Shown: in pieces, positions 63,529-64,000 of the stretch
How positions within the stretch are numbered: position 1 is the stretch's first letter
Layout of the letters: each line of letters starts with the position of its first letter
Assembly: GCA_039621445.1 (NCBI GenBank)
Contig: CP154954.1
Coordinates: forward strand, 18,834,642 to 18,898,641
Reading direction: 5' to 3'
DNA from: Euglena gracilis
Lineage: Eukaryota
Length of the DNA: 64,000 nt
Program-made: the position numbers and the translations under genes
Notes under the pieces: model-generated
The model's database searches: none
What the model was told of the DNA's origin: nothing
What the model saw: only the letters and a program-made list of their open reading frames with translations

Positions 63529-63934
63529 CTGTTTCCCTGCGCCGCCCCCTCAACGACCCACTGACTGGTGACGGACTGGTCCTGAGGTCGGCCTCCAGTT
63601 GCAAGCCGGCAAATGTGAGGCTCAAACACAGGACATGCGATGTGTCACGTTGCCACATTGTTAAGCTGCCATTTTGACGCCAAGCTGTGAAAATTTGCCA
63701 GATTTGGTGCTCAACAAAAAAAATAGTCGAAAAAATTAAAATATCAGTTTAATAAAATTTCTGAAATTTTCTTTTGATCAACTTTTGCAGTTTTGCCTGG
63801 TGGATTTACCCTCATCAGTTGAATCTCACCCATGAAGTTTTTTGTGTTCAACGATTGAACAAACCTCTCAGCAGCCTTTCCAGAAACAATCTCTCCGGTA
63901 CTGCGACAAAACATTTATCCATACAAGGGCCAAA

Positions 63935-64000
63935 TATATACATATATATGTATATATCTATTATATATATATATATTATATATATATATATATACATATA
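63935..64000. repeat. (TA)n microsatellite
   Basis: Direct inspection. Confidence 0.95.

Overview
Eukaryotic nuclear DNA, most likely a euglenid. Evidence: a Euglena-type EF-1alpha fragment, GT(G/C)-rich donors, and non-conventional N3-CAG...CTG-N5 introns mixed with GT-AG/GC-AG introns. Two intron-rich + strand genes were rebuilt by hand: a CRT-like (DMT superfamily) transporter (~19.9-35.8 kb) and an NSUN2/Trm4 RNA cytosine-C5 methyltransferase (39936-63528, about 22 exons). Most of the rest is nested DNA-transposon derivatives. Highlights: (1) a TTAA-bounded Crypton-like tyrosine-recombinase element (2407-3698) whose ORF lies between two identical loxP-geometry sites (13-8-13 bp) in direct orientation, in an A-B-gene-B-A layout; (2) many CA(G/T)...(C/A)TG MITEs with perfect 8-bp TSDs, whose geometry equals that of the non-conventional introns (3+5 = 8 nt), with a degenerate TSD still visible at one intron; (3) an intron-containing EF-1alpha fragment inside a hAT element; (4) a decayed tRNA-Gln(CTG). 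Some exon phases do not close, probably from homopolymer errors, so the gene models are provisional. Most ORFs in the supplied track are repeat-derived noise.
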